Position numbers and translations under genes: made by a program. Shown in pieces: positions 1 through 9,229 of a DNA stretch of 64,000 nt; the stretch's first letter is position 1, and each line of letters opens with the position of its first letter. Origin of the DNA: an uncultured delta proteobacterium (GTDB taxonomy: Bacteria; Myxococcota_A; Polyangia; Haliangiales; Haliangiaceae). The notes beneath the pieces were generated by a model. The model saw only the letters and a program-made list of their open reading frames with translations. It made no database searches and was not told the origin of the DNA. The stretch lies in NCBI GenBank assembly GCA_963848295.1, contig CAWKDB010000010.1:1184001-1248000 (forward strand). The letters are read 5' to 3'.

Positions 1-343
1 GGGTCAGTCCCGCGACATCGGCAGCGTGCGCGCCGCGGATCGACAGCTCCCAGATCCGCCCGTAGCGCGCGGCGTCCATCCGCGCCGCATCGTCGATCGT
101 CATCAGATCGCCGAGATGGAGCCGGCCCACCGGATCGATCCAATCCGGGGCGAACACGATCAGATCGCCCCGACGAAACTGCGCGCGCACGAGCTGCGAC
201 GCGTGATCCCACGCCTCGTCCGCCGGGACCGAGCTCGCGTCGACGTGGGTCGCGCACGTCTCCCATGCCGCGACCCCGATCAAGAGCAGCGCGGGCAAGA
301 CGCCGAGCGTTGATCGAACCGGCAACGCGGTCGAAACTACCAT
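1..343 (-). CDS. Hypothetical membrane-anchored protein, runs off the left edge (partial)
   Basis: Manually read minus frame from ATG at 343: MVVSTALPVRSTLGVLPALLLIGVAAWETC...LVRAQFRRGDLIVFAPDWIDPVGRLHLGD...; hydrophobic N-terminus; no stop before position 1. Not in the ORF track. Confidence 0.65.
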   Translation of the reverse strand, partial: MVVSTALPVRSTLGVLPALLLIGVAAWETCATHVDASSVPADEAWDHASQLVRAQFRRGDLIVFAPDWIDPVGRLHLGDLMTIDDAARMDAARYGRIWELSIRGAHAADVAGLT

Positions 344-372
344 GCACCCCGGCGCCGTCATACTCTGCGGCG

Positions 373-1707
373 GTGCGGCTGTACGCGGCGCTATTCGCGA
401 TCGGGCTCGTCGTCTACGGCGCGCTGTCGTGGGGTCGGCTCGGCCACACCTCGGTCGCGCCGCAGTATCTCTATCAGGCCGACGCGTGGCTGCACGGCAA
501 GACCTCGATCGATCCGCCGTTGCGCGACGCCGATTGGGCGAAGGTCGAGACCGTCGTGCTCGACGACGGCAGCGAGGTCTCGGGGCGGCGGCTGGTCACG
601 CGCCCGATGTTTCACACGCTCGGCGGCGACGAGCTGCCGGTCAAGCGCGTCAAGCGCTCGCTCGGCGCGGTCTGGTACGTGTCGTTTCCCCCGCTGCCGT
701 CGCTGCTGATGCTGCCGTCGGCGATCGTCGCCGGGCGGGCCGGCAACGACGTGATCCCGACGCTCCTCGTCGCGGCGATGATCCTGCCGCTGGCGCTGCT
801 GCTGCTGCGCCGGCTTGCCGATGCGAAATTGTCGCAGCGAACGGTGCGCGAGGACCTCTGGCTGGTCGCGACGCTCGCGTTCGGCACCGTGTTGTTCTTC
901 AGCGCCGTCCAAGGCAGCGTGTGGTTCACCGCGCAGATCGTCGGCGTCGCGCTCGCGTTGGTCTACGCGTGGGCCGCGATCGAAGCGAAGCGGCCGCTCG
1001 TCGCCGGGCTCGCGCTCGGCGCCGCCGCGCTGACCCGGCCACCGATGGCGTTCATGCTCCCGCTGTTCGCGTTCGAGGCGTGGCGCGTCGCGGCCGGCGA
1101 TCGCCGGGCGTTGCTGCGCACGCTCGTCCGGTTCGCGGCGCCGATCGCGGTGCTCGCGATCGCCGGCATGATCTACAACGCGGTGCGGTTCGGCTCGCCG
1201 ACCGAGTTCGGTCACACCTACCTCGACGTGATCCAGCAGCGCCTGGTCGAGCGCTACGGCCTCGCGAGCTACCACTACCTCGCGCGCAACCTCGCCGCGG
1301 CGTTCACGCTGCTGCCGGAGCTCGTCGACCGTTCGCCGTACATCCAGATCGGCGGCCACGGCCTCGCGATCTGGTTCACGACGCCGCTGCTCGTGCTCGT
1401 GCTATGGCCGCGCGAGCGTCCGCCGATCCATCGCGCGCTGTGGATCACGGTCGCGTGCGTGGCGCTGCCGTCGCTGTTCTACATGAACTCGGGCTGGGTC
1501 CAGTTCGGCTATCGGTTCAGCCTGGACTACATCGTGTTCCTCATCATGTTGCTCGCGGTCGGCGGCCGGCCGCTCGGGCGCGTCGCGCACGTGCTGATCG
1601 CGATCGGCATCGCGATCAACTTGTTCGGCGCGGTGACGTTCGGTCGATTCGACGGCAAGTTCTATCGCACCGGCGGCAATGCCTATGATGTCGTCGTGCC
1701 AAACTAG
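373..1707 (+). CDS. Multi-pass membrane protein, possibly a GT-C-type glycosyltransferase
   Basis: Many hydrophobic helices; motifs YVSFPPLP, TRPPM, NAVRFGSPTEFGH, QFGYRFSLDY. GTG at 373 chosen over 265 because TACTCT lies 6 nt upstream. Confidence 0.6.
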   Translation: MRLYAALFAIGLVVYGALSWGRLGHTSVAPQYLYQADAWLHGKTSIDPPLRDADWAKVETVVLDDGSEVSGRRLVTRPMFHTLGGDELPVKRVKRSLGAVWYVSFPPLPSLLMLPSAIVAGRAGNDVIPTLLVAAMILPLALLLLRRLADAKLSQRTVREDLWLVATLAFGTVLFFSAVQGSVWFTAQIVGVALALVYAWAAIEAKRPLVAGLALGAAALTRPPMAFMLPLFAFEAWRVAAGDRRALLRTLVRFAAPIAVLAIAGMIYNAVRFGSPTEFGHTYLDVIQQRLVERYGLASYHYLARNLAAAFTLLPELVDRSPYIQIGGHGLAIWFTTPLLVLVLWPRERPPIHRALWITVACVALPSLFYMNSGWVQFGYRFSLDYIVFLIMLLAVGGRPLGRVAHVLIAIGIAINLFGAVTFGRFDGKFYRTGGNAYDVVVPN

Positions 1708-1711
1708 CCAG

Positions 1712-2821
1712 ATGATTCGACTCGCCGTGATCGTCGTCGCCGCATGCGGATCCTCCGCGGCCACGCCGCCGGCGACGCAACCGCGCACGCCGTGGGAACG
1801 CCCGATCGACGCCGAAAAAGCGGTCATCGCCGCGAAGGCGAGCAAGGCGCTCGCGTGTCTCGTTCGCCCGCATCGGTCACCGATGTTGCCATCGTCCGAC
1901 GTCGCGCCCGAGCTAATCGGCGCGATGATCGAAGCGGAGGCCGCCGCGACCCCGCCGACCGACCGCGTGGTCGCGCGGGCGGTGAACGCCGACGCAATCG
2001 AATCGGCACGGCGACTGCTCGCGGCCGTGCGCGCCACCGGAGCGCACGTCGATGGGGGCATCGCGTCCGCGGTCGACCCGAGCGTGACCGTGCGGTCGCG
2101 ATCGATCGTGGACATCGAATTGCTCGTCCATGCCGGCCGCCGCGATGAGGCCGCGCGCGCCTACGCCGCGTACACCACGGAGATCCCGCCGACGAGCCTG
2201 CATCCACCGGCGACCGGGCTGAACGCGCTCGTCCTCGGCGCGCTCGGGCGAGTCGCCGACGCCCGCAAGTACATCGCGAGCGAACCGGCGACCGAGCGTG
2301 CGACGTCCGCCGAGCGCTTGATCCTCGGCGTGCTCCTCTCGGCCTCGCCGACGACCCACCTCGACGATGCGATCGCCGAGCTGTTGCACGACTCGGTCGG
2401 CGATCCCGAGGCGGCGGTCGTCCCACTCGCGTTGGCGATGAGCGCGATCCGCGGGCACGGTCTCGGCAGCCGCGCCCATCCGCTGCGCCACTTCATGCTC
2501 AGCTACATCACGAGCTCGAGTAATCGCAACATGCTCGCGATCGTCGCCGGCGAGGTGTTCGCGGCGGGCGATCAGACCGAGCAGGGCGAGGTCGACGCGC
2601 TGCTCCCGCGAAGCAGCGACTTCGCGCGCGCGCGCATCGCATGGGAGCGCGCGTACTACCGCGGCTCGTTCGCCGAAGCGCTCGCGATCGCGCGCGCCGA
2701 CACCAACGACGAGCGCCTCACCGACGAGCTCTATGCGCTGTGGGCCCGCGCCGCTGTCGAGGGCGACGATCCGGCGGCGATGCATGCGATCGACGAGTTG
2801 GCCTGCGCGCCGCCTCGCTGA
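1712..2821 (+). CDS. Hypothetical lipoprotein
   Basis: Lipobox-like N-terminus MIRLAVIVVAAC; Ala-rich helical body. Confidence 0.6.
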   Translation: MIRLAVIVVAACGSSAATPPATQPRTPWERPIDAEKAVIAAKASKALACLVRPHRSPMLPSSDVAPELIGAMIEAEAAATPPTDRVVARAVNADAIESARRLLAAVRATGAHVDGGIASAVDPSVTVRSRSIVDIELLVHAGRRDEAARAYAAYTTEIPPTSLHPPATGLNALVLGALGRVADARKYIASEPATERATSAERLILGVLLSASPTTHLDDAIAELLHDSVGDPEAAVVPLALAMSAIRGHGLGSRAHPLRHFMLSYITSSSNRNMLAIVAGEVFAAGDQTEQGEVDALLPRSSDFARARIAWERAYYRGSFAEALAIARADTNDERLTDELYALWARAAVEGDDPAAMHAIDELACAPPR

Positions 2822-2844
2822 CCGGTTCGTGGTAGACCACGATC

Positions 2845-3108
2845 ATGCCCACGCCGGCGATCATCGAACGGATGCGCGAGCTCCACCGGGAGCTCGGTGA
2901 GACGCAGCCGACCCCCGCGACCGCCGAAGAGCTCGCGCGCATCAAGCAGCAGGTCGACACGATCATGGTCCGGCCGGATCACGTGCCGCAGTATAAAGGG
3001 CTGAGCGACCGCCTGCTGTTCGCGTACGTCGGGTTCCAGATCGACCACCCGAAGCTCGCCGGGCTGATGCAGGGCGTCGCGACGTCGCTGAGCAACGCCG
3101 GCATCTAG
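2845..3108 (+). CDS. Small helical protein, DUF4404-like
   Basis: 87 aa; MRELHRELG...FQIDHPKLAGLMQGVATSLSNAGI pattern. Confidence 0.7.
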   Translation: MPTPAIIERMRELHRELGETQPTPATAEELARIKQQVDTIMVRPDHVPQYKGLSDRLLFAYVGFQIDHPKLAGLMQGVATSLSNAGI

Positions 3109-3153
3109 CCGCCGCATCCCGAGTCAGGATTTCGGCTGTGGCCGCGTGGCAAG

Positions 3154-4890
3154 ATGATCGAACCACCTCAACAACCGACCGACGTCCTCGCGCCGATCGC
3201 GCTAGAACGCGCGCGGATCATGTCGCCGGCGGTGCTGCTCGCGATGGTCGTGTGGGCGGGGATCGTCATCGCCAGGGGGCGTATGACCAATGCGCTTGCC
3301 GGCCTCGAGGTCGCGCTGTGCACCGGCGTGATCGCGATCGTCTTCGTGTCGCGGCTGGAGGTCGGTCGACGCTGGGCCCACGCGTTGTGCGCGGCGCTGT
3401 GGTGGGCCCCGGTGACGTTCACGCTCGCCGCGGCATACGCGTCACCCCAACCGCTCGCGGGGCTGCTGCTGCCGCTCGAGATCATCGGTACGGTCGTGTT
3501 GCTCGACACCCGCTCGGTCGTGGGGTCGTTGCTTCTAACGCTCGCGATCTGGATTCCGCTCGCCGTGCGCGGCGACGACGGACCGATCTACATCATGACT
3601 GCGGTGACGGCCGTGGCGTTCGCGATCACGATGCAGATCCTGATGCGCCGCGCGATCCTCCGCGAAGTCATGACCGCGGCCTCGCTTCAGTTTCAGCTCG
3701 CCGAACGGATGAGACTCGAACAGCAGCTGCTTCATTCGCAGCGACTCGAGGCGGTCGGCACGCTCGCTGCCGGCCTCGCGCACGACATGAACAACGTGCT
3801 GGCGGCGATCACCAGCTTCGCGGGCAGCCTCGACGACGAGATCCGTTCGGACAAGGGTCGCGCCGACCTCGATCAGATCGTCGCGCAGTCGTTGCGTGGC
3901 GCCGAGCTCACGCGCGGCTTACTCGCGTTCAGCCGGCGCGGGCAGTACCGCAAGCAGACGATCAGAGTCGACGACATCGCGCGCGAGGTGTTGCCGATGC
4001 TCGAGCGAACGCTTCCCCGTTCGATCACGCTGCAACACGAGCTGAACGGTGCCAAGGTGTGTGTCGAAGGCGATCCGATCCAGCTCGGGCAAGCGCTGAT
4101 CAACCTCGGGCTCAACGCCGCGGATGCGATGGACGGTCACGGAACGCTCATGATCGCGACGAGCATCGTCGAGCTCGATCAGGACGCGGCGACGGCCCTC
4201 GCGATACCGGCGGGGCGCTACGCGCGGCTACGCGTGTCGGACACCGGCCGCGGCATGGACGAAGCGACCCGGTCGCGCGTGTTCGAGCCGTTCTTCACGA
4301 CCAAGCCTGGCGGCACGGGCAGCGGCCTCGGACTTTCGGCTGCGTGGGGGATCGCGCAAGCACACGACGGCACGATCAGCGTCGAATCGACCCGAGGCGA
4401 AGGCTCGGCGTTCTATATCTACGTCCCGGCGACCGCGGCGACGATCCCATCTCGAGCGTTGCCGGTCATCGAGCGCTCGCTCCGGATCGAGAAGGTCGGG
4501 ACGGTCCTGATCGCCGATGACGAGCCGGCGGTGCGAGCGGGGACCGCGCGGATCCTCGAACGGATGGGGTTATCGGCGATCCAGGCGTGCAACGGCGAGG
4601 AGGCGCTCGTCCAGTACCAGGATCATGCTGCGGTGATCGAGCTCGTCATCCTCGACATGGGGATGCCCGTCATGGGCGGCGCCGAGTGTTTTCGCAGACT
4701 CCGAGAAGCGAGCGCGGTCCCGGTGTTGATCGCGACGGGTTACGCGATCGACACCGATGTTCAGGACATGATCGCGCGCGGTGCCTCGCTGATCGAGAAA
4801 CCGTATCCGTCGAACGCCCTGGTCCGCGAGGTCACGCGGATCCTCGAGATCGCCAAGGCCGCCAAGCAGTCACCGCCGCGGTCGATCTGA
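3154..4890 (+). CDS. Membrane hybrid sensor histidine kinase with receiver domain
   Basis: N-terminal TM helices; H-box AGLAHDMNNVL; NAADAM; DTGRGM; FEPFFTTK; GSGLGL; receiver ADDE...LDMGMP...EKPY. Confidence 0.92.
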   Translation: MIEPPQQPTDVLAPIALERARIMSPAVLLAMVVWAGIVIARGRMTNALAGLEVALCTGVIAIVFVSRLEVGRRWAHALCAALWWAPVTFTLAAAYASPQPLAGLLLPLEIIGTVVLLDTRSVVGSLLLTLAIWIPLAVRGDDGPIYIMTAVTAVAFAITMQILMRRAILREVMTAASLQFQLAERMRLEQQLLHSQRLEAVGTLAAGLAHDMNNVLAAITSFAGSLDDEIRSDKGRADLDQIVAQSLRGAELTRGLLAFSRRGQYRKQTIRVDDIAREVLPMLERTLPRSITLQHELNGAKVCVEGDPIQLGQALINLGLNAADAMDGHGTLMIATSIVELDQDAATALAIPAGRYARLRVSDTGRGMDEATRSRVFEPFFTTKPGGTGSGLGLSAAWGIAQAHDGTISVESTRGEGSAFYIYVPATAATIPSRALPVIERSLRIEKVGTVLIADDEPAVRAGTARILERMGLSAIQACNGEEALVQYQDHAAVIELVILDMGMPVMGGAECFRRLREASAVPVLIATGYAIDTDVQDMIARGASLIEKPYPSNALVREVTRILEIAKAAKQSPPRSI

Positions 4891-4907
4891 TCAGCCCGCA
4901 AGCCGCG

Positions 4908-4937
4908 TCACGGCCGGAACGGCTGCTCGTCTTTGCC
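4908..4937 (-). repeat. Direct-repeat copy (att-like) encoding [13 protein letters not shown]
   Basis: tcacggccggaacggctgctcgtctttgcc versus ctacggtcggaacggctgctcgtccttgcc at 8148-8177; differences are synonymous. Confidence 0.85.
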
Positions 4938-5131
4938 AAACCCGGAACTGCCGTTCGAGCGACCCGAAGCTTCCGCCTGCTATTCGGTAGAGGTTCGACG
5001 CGATCTTGCCGAGCCGCCACTGAATCGCGTGCGTGCAGGCGCATCGAAGCGCTACGACGTGATGTCGTCGTTGTATCGCAAGGGATCGACATCAACATCG
5101 TCCTCGTGTCCTGGTGACCTCGCCGTATCGC

Positions 5132-5755
5132 TCATGTACCGATCAGTTGCGCGAGCGGAGTGAGCGCGTTCGCCTGAACGTTCCTTTCGAGCGCCCACTT
5201 CGCCGTGTTCGGCACGCGTGCGCACCATCCGTCGCGAAACAAAAAGAAGAAGAAATCGAGCGCGTGGCCGCGAAGCTTCTGTGCCGCTTCGATCCATGCG
5301 GGCCACGCTCGATCGAGTTCGGCCAGTTGGAAGGAGAGCCGGTAACGGTAGCTGTACTTGTAACCGTCCGTCCTCGGTGGCGAATGATGGATGAGAAACC
5401 ACGGGTCCGGCGGTCGAGACGCGACGCGTTCGCCGAGGTGCCGAAGGAGCGGTTCGAACCTCGCCGCGGAGCCTTCGTGACTCTCGAGAAGTCTTTCGAG
5501 GTCGAGCGAGATGCTGACGACGTTCCTTCGTTCGCCCCCGGCGTCGCGAAACTCCCCGGCGATGTTGAGTTCGAACCCCGCTCGATCGATGCCCGAAAAC
5601 AAGGCCGCGATACGTTGCGTCCGTTGTTCTTCGGGCAACTGGACGTCCAACAACGCGTCGGTGCTCACACTAATCTGGATCATGAAGAACGGCCCACACT
5701 GACCATCGATGATCGCCAGATCTGGCCGATCACCACCGTCAACCTTTGTGTCCAT
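5132..5755 (-). CDS. Hypothetical protein (island cargo)
   Basis: Open frame with lower-GC codons; ATG at 5755 has TAACCT 5 nt upstream; no recognisable family. Confidence 0.5.
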   Translation of the reverse strand: MDTKVDGGDRPDLAIIDGQCGPFFMIQISVSTDALLDVQLPEEQRTQRIAALFSGIDRAGFELNIAGEFRDAGGERRNVVSISLDLERLLESHEGSAARFEPLLRHLGERVASRPPDPWFLIHHSPPRTDGYKYSYRYRLSFQLAELDRAWPAWIEAAQKLRGHALDFFFFLFRDGWCARVPNTAKWALERNVQANALTPLAQLIGT

Positions 5756-5822
5756 TCGGAAGGTTACGCGTTCGCACATGCGCGTGGGACACCAGATCGC
5801 GCGAAACCGTCGGTCGATGAGG

Positions 5823-5973
5823 AAGTTCGTGTTCACGTCGTTCCCCAAGCAGATGGCTTTCTCTCCGTTCGAACAAGTCGATCAAATTTCGCCGCGCCCG
5901 TTGCTGCTCGTCGCTGGGTCGAAGGCCGACACGCCACTCCAGTGAGAACGCCTGCGGTCGCGCGAAGGAGCCC
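5823..5973 (+). pseudogene. Fragment of a YcjY-like alpha/beta hydrolase
   Basis: KFVFTSFPKQMAFSPFEQVDQISPRPLLLVAGSKADT, then a frameshift, then SENACGRAKEP; resembles the ISPRPLL.IAG..A....SE.AY..A.EP segment; no start or rest of gene. Confidence 0.6.
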
Positions 5974-6076
5974 CACCTCGTTGAAGCGATTTCTTCAAGG
6001 CTCATCTCGCGCAGCGCTAGCGACGAAACGGGTTCCTGGGCGCTCGTTTCAGATCGGGCGGTTGCGCGGAGAATAG

Positions 6077-7612
6077 TCAGCGCGGCGCCGCGGTCCACAC
6101 GACCGTCGCGATCGTTCGCTTCGCGACGTCGCCTCCGCGACCGCGTAGGACGAGTGTGATCCGGCGCTTGGTCGTCGTGCATGTGTCGGGGCCGTCCAGC
6201 GGATCGTCGTAGCGCGTGCACTCGGGCTGGAGCCCGGCGCGCTGCGCGTCGCCGACGGTCGAGCCAGGACCGACGCGTGTCCCAGCGATAACGAACCGCG
6301 GGTCGAGCAGCGTGACGTTACCCTCCTGGACGAGCTCGAGCACCCTCTTGCCGGCGACGTAGGCGTGGACCCAGCCGATGTCCGACGTGTTCGGGCCGAC
6401 CACGTCGAAGTCGCGCGCGAGTGCAAACCGCGCCGGCAACACGTCGGCGCGCCGCGCGATCGCGAGCGTGAGCGCGCCGATCGCGTCGTCGTCGATCGTC
6501 GGCCACGGTGACGGCGCGCGCGGCGCGGTCCACGTGATTGCGGTGACGCGCACGTCGTCGAACGGGCCGCGCAGCACGAAGTATGCGGGAAGGGGCAGGT
6601 TCGCAGCGATCGCGAGCTCAATTCGCGGCACCTCGGTAAGCCCGCACGTCGCGGTCATCCGATCGGATGCGGCCATGCACGCGGCAGTGTCGAGGACGGC
6701 TCCGGTCGCCGGGTCGGCGTGGCCGCGCTGCTCGCCGATCGCCACCGCGAGCGTGTGGCGGACCGACGGATGGAACACTGTCACGCGTACGGGCTTGCCG
6801 CCAGCGACGCTGACTTCGGCGACACGCGCACCGGCGTGCACGATCGCGAAGCCGTCAGCCGTCGCGGTCACCTCGAGCCGCGGCAGCGCGCGCGCAAGCG
6901 CGGCTGCGTCGATGCGTGCGAGCTCCGTGAAGGGATGGATCGCATCGCGATCGATGCGCAGCGCCGACGCGGCGACGACGTCGTCGCGCGGGATCGTGTT
7001 CGGGCGCAGCGCCATTGCGTCGGCCGTGCGCGAGCCGGTCTGGACGCGAACGCGCACCGACGTGATGCGGCGCTGATCGGACAGCGACGTCGGATTGCTG
7101 TGGACATCGCCGTCGAGGTGGATCGTCACCCCATCGCGCGATTCGCACGCGAGCTGCGCGGGCTCGGGCTCGGCGAGCGGGCTGATGTCGAGGTTGCACC
7201 ACGGGAAGCGCTCACGCAGCGCGGCGTCGTACGGCTGCCCGATCGCGACGTTGAGCTCGGTCGCGATCCGCGGCGATACTACATCGATCGTCTCGACGAA
7301 CCGCCACCCGCTGAGCGCGACCGCAAGCTTGCCGTCAAGCATGCCCGCCATACGGCCGCCGTTCGGCCCGTCGTGGAACGACCATGCCAGCTCGGGCAGC
7401 GCGGCTGCGATCGCCGTGCGATCGAAGATCGTGTCGCCGGTGATCGCGCCGAGCCCGCCGCGCGCGAGCGCCGGCCGCTTGCTCGGTGCCGCGGCGGGCG
7501 ATAGCCTGCGTCCGGGGGCCGGCATCGGCGTCGTCGCTTGCGCAGCCGACGTATCGCGGCGACCGTCGCACGCGACGACCGCGATCGCGACGACCGCGCC
7601 CCATGCGATCAC
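6077..7612 (-). CDS. Lipoprotein with repeated DUF1131/YfeY-like domains
   Basis: VIAWGAVVAIAVVAC lipobox; internal repeats LGAITGDTIFDRTAIAAALPEL / IHPFTELARIDAAALARALPRL and VAIG[QE]; domain call tentative. Confidence 0.55.
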   Translation of the reverse strand: MIAWGAVVAIAVVACDGRRDTSAAQATTPMPAPGRRLSPAAAPSKRPALARGGLGAITGDTIFDRTAIAAALPELAWSFHDGPNGGRMAGMLDGKLAVALSGWRFVETIDVVSPRIATELNVAIGQPYDAALRERFPWCNLDISPLAEPEPAQLACESRDGVTIHLDGDVHSNPTSLSDQRRITSVRVRVQTGSRTADAMALRPNTIPRDDVVAASALRIDRDAIHPFTELARIDAAALARALPRLEVTATADGFAIVHAGARVAEVSVAGGKPVRVTVFHPSVRHTLAVAIGEQRGHADPATGAVLDTAACMAASDRMTATCGLTEVPRIELAIAANLPLPAYFVLRGPFDDVRVTAITWTAPRAPSPWPTIDDDAIGALTLAIARRADVLPARFALARDFDVVGPNTSDIGWVHAYVAGKRVLELVQEGNVTLLDPRFVIAGTRVGPGSTVGDAQRAGLQPECTRYDDPLDGPDTCTTTKRRITLVLRGRGGDVAKRTIATVVWTAAPR

Positions 7613-7829
7613 GGTCCTCGCTCGCGCCCGTGCGGGCGAGAACGGTGAATTGGATCGCGCGATCGATTCTGCGACAGCCGAGCACAGGAGTCGGCCATAG
7701 TGGGGTCCGTCGTCGCGCGGCTCACAATCGCGAGCGAGCACACCGCCGACGTAGAGCCGATCTGATGCATCCGTCGACCCGATGCTCGCGCGGCGCGGCC
7801 GTGAAAGCTAGCTCTAAGCTCTCGCGAGC

Positions 7830-8147
7830 AGGCGTTGCGAGCAACGCCACCGCCCTGCTCGTCGAGGACCCGGGTGACGCCGAGGCGCGCAAGCTCCGCG
7901 ACGAGGTCAAGCGCATCGAGGCGCAGATCGCAGACGTCGGCGCGCCGCCAAGTCGCGATGCGATCGGCGCTGGCCTTCGCCGACTGCTGGACCAGCTCTC
8001 CGACAAACCGGAGATCGGGCGCGCTGCGCTCGTGCGCTGCGGTCTGCGCCTACGCGTCGCTGAGCGGCCGAACGGCGAGCACCGGTTCTGGCTCGTCGGC
8101 TCGATCGACCTCGGCGCCGTCGCCGGCGGATCGAGCGGAGGTTCTCT
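7830..8147 (+). pseudogene. Probable C-terminal relic of a large serine recombinase
   Basis: Coiled-coil ARKLRDEVKRIEAQIAD followed by LRRLLDQLSDKPEIGRAAL...[15 protein letters not shown], reading into the att-like repeat; no catalytic domain or start. Confidence 0.4.
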
Positions 8148-8444
8148 CTACGGTCGGAACGGCTGCTCGTCCTTGCCGCGCACCGGGTTCGCGAGCCGGC
8201 GCGCGACCGCGTCTTGCTCGTCCTTGGTCAGCCGGCGCACGTAGACGCCCGCCGCGTCGATGCTGCGCGCGCCGAAGAAGCCTTCGGACACCGCGTACTC
8301 GACCTCGATGATCATGTACGGGTCCTCGCCGATCCACATCAGCTCGTGCTTGCGCGGGATGCCGACCCACGACGACAGCGTGAACTTGTCGCGAGAGCCA
8401 TCCTCGTTGAGGACGACCATCGTGATGCGCTCGGTGGCGGTCAC
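8148..8444 (-). CDS. Small hypothetical protein coupled to dapB (integration target)
   Basis: GTG start overlaps the dapB TGA (GTGA); 98 aa ending [10 protein letters not shown]. Confidence 0.8.
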   Translation of the reverse strand: MTATERITMVVLNEDGSRDKFTLSSWVGIPRKHELMWIGEDPYMIIEVEYAVSEGFFGARSIDAAGVYVRRLTKDEQDAVARRLANPVRGKDEQPFRP

Positions 8445-9229
8445 GAGGTGAACCCTAGCACGTCGAGCATCGTGTAGCGCCCCGGCGGTTTGCCGACGAC
8501 CCACGCGGCCGCGCGCAGTGCCCCCGCCGCGAAGATCGTACGAGACGAGGCGCGATGCCCGATCTCGATTCGCTCGGCCGGACCGAAGAAATATGCGACG
8601 TGCTCGCCGACGACGTCGCCACCCCGGACGGCAGATACGCCGATCTCGCCACGCGGCCGGGCACCGAGGTCGCCGTCGCGGCCGTGGCGCTTGACCCGAT
8701 CGTAGTCCGCGCCATGCCCGGCGGCGATCGCGCGTGCGATCGCGAGCGCGGTCCCCGACGGCGAGTCGCGCTTGCCGCGGTGATGCGCCTCGACCACTTC
8801 GGCGTCCCACTCCGGGCCGAGCACCTCGGAGGCCTTGCGCACGAGGCCGAGCAGCAAGTTCACGCCGAGCGAGAAGTTCGCGGCCACGACGACCGGAGCG
8901 ACGATCGAGAGCTCGGCGATCGCGGCATCGTCGACCGCCGCGAGCCCGGTCGTGCCGATCACCGCGGGCTTGCGCTGCGCGATCGCGGCGCGGGCGGCGA
9001 CGCGCGTCGCATCGGGCGCGGTGAAATCGACGTAGACATCGCTCGCCGCCAGGCCCGCGCCGAGGTCGGTGCTCGCGATCACGCCGCGCACCGCTTCGCC
9101 GCCGAGCCCGTGCGCGCCTTCGCGATCGACCGCGGCCGCGATCTGGACGTCGCTACGACCGGCGGCGGCGTCGAGCACGGCACGGCCCATGCGCCCGGAC
9201 GGCCCGAGGACGCAGACCCGAGCTGTCAC
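8441..9229 (-). CDS. dapB: 4-hydroxy-tetrahydrodipicolinate reductase
   Basis: [50 protein letters not shown]. Confidence 0.97.
   Translation of the reverse strand: MTARVCVLGPSGRMGRAVLDAAAGRSDVQIAAAVDREGAHGLGGEAVRGVIASTDLGAGLAASDVYVDFTAPDATRVAARAAIAQRKPAVIGTTGLAAVDDAAIAELSIVAPVVVAANFSLGVNLLLGLVRKASEVLGPEWDAEVVEAHHRGKRDSPSGTALAIARAIAAGHGADYDRVKRHGRDGDLGARPRGEIGVSAVRGGDVVGEHVAYFFGPAERIEIGHRASSRTIFAAGALRAAAWVVGKPPGRYTMLDVLGFTS

Larger units (their letters stand above)
4908..8177. mobile_element. Decayed integrative island inserted in the 3' end of the gene downstream of dapB
   Basis: Flanking near-identical direct repeats; gene fragments; visibly more AT-rich 4940-6070; putative recombinase C-terminal relic abutting the right repeat. 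Confidence 0.65.

Noticed and set aside
5114..6076. 320-aa plus-strand ORF in the island
   Set aside because: Antisense to the more protein-like 5132-5755 ORF; no motifs.
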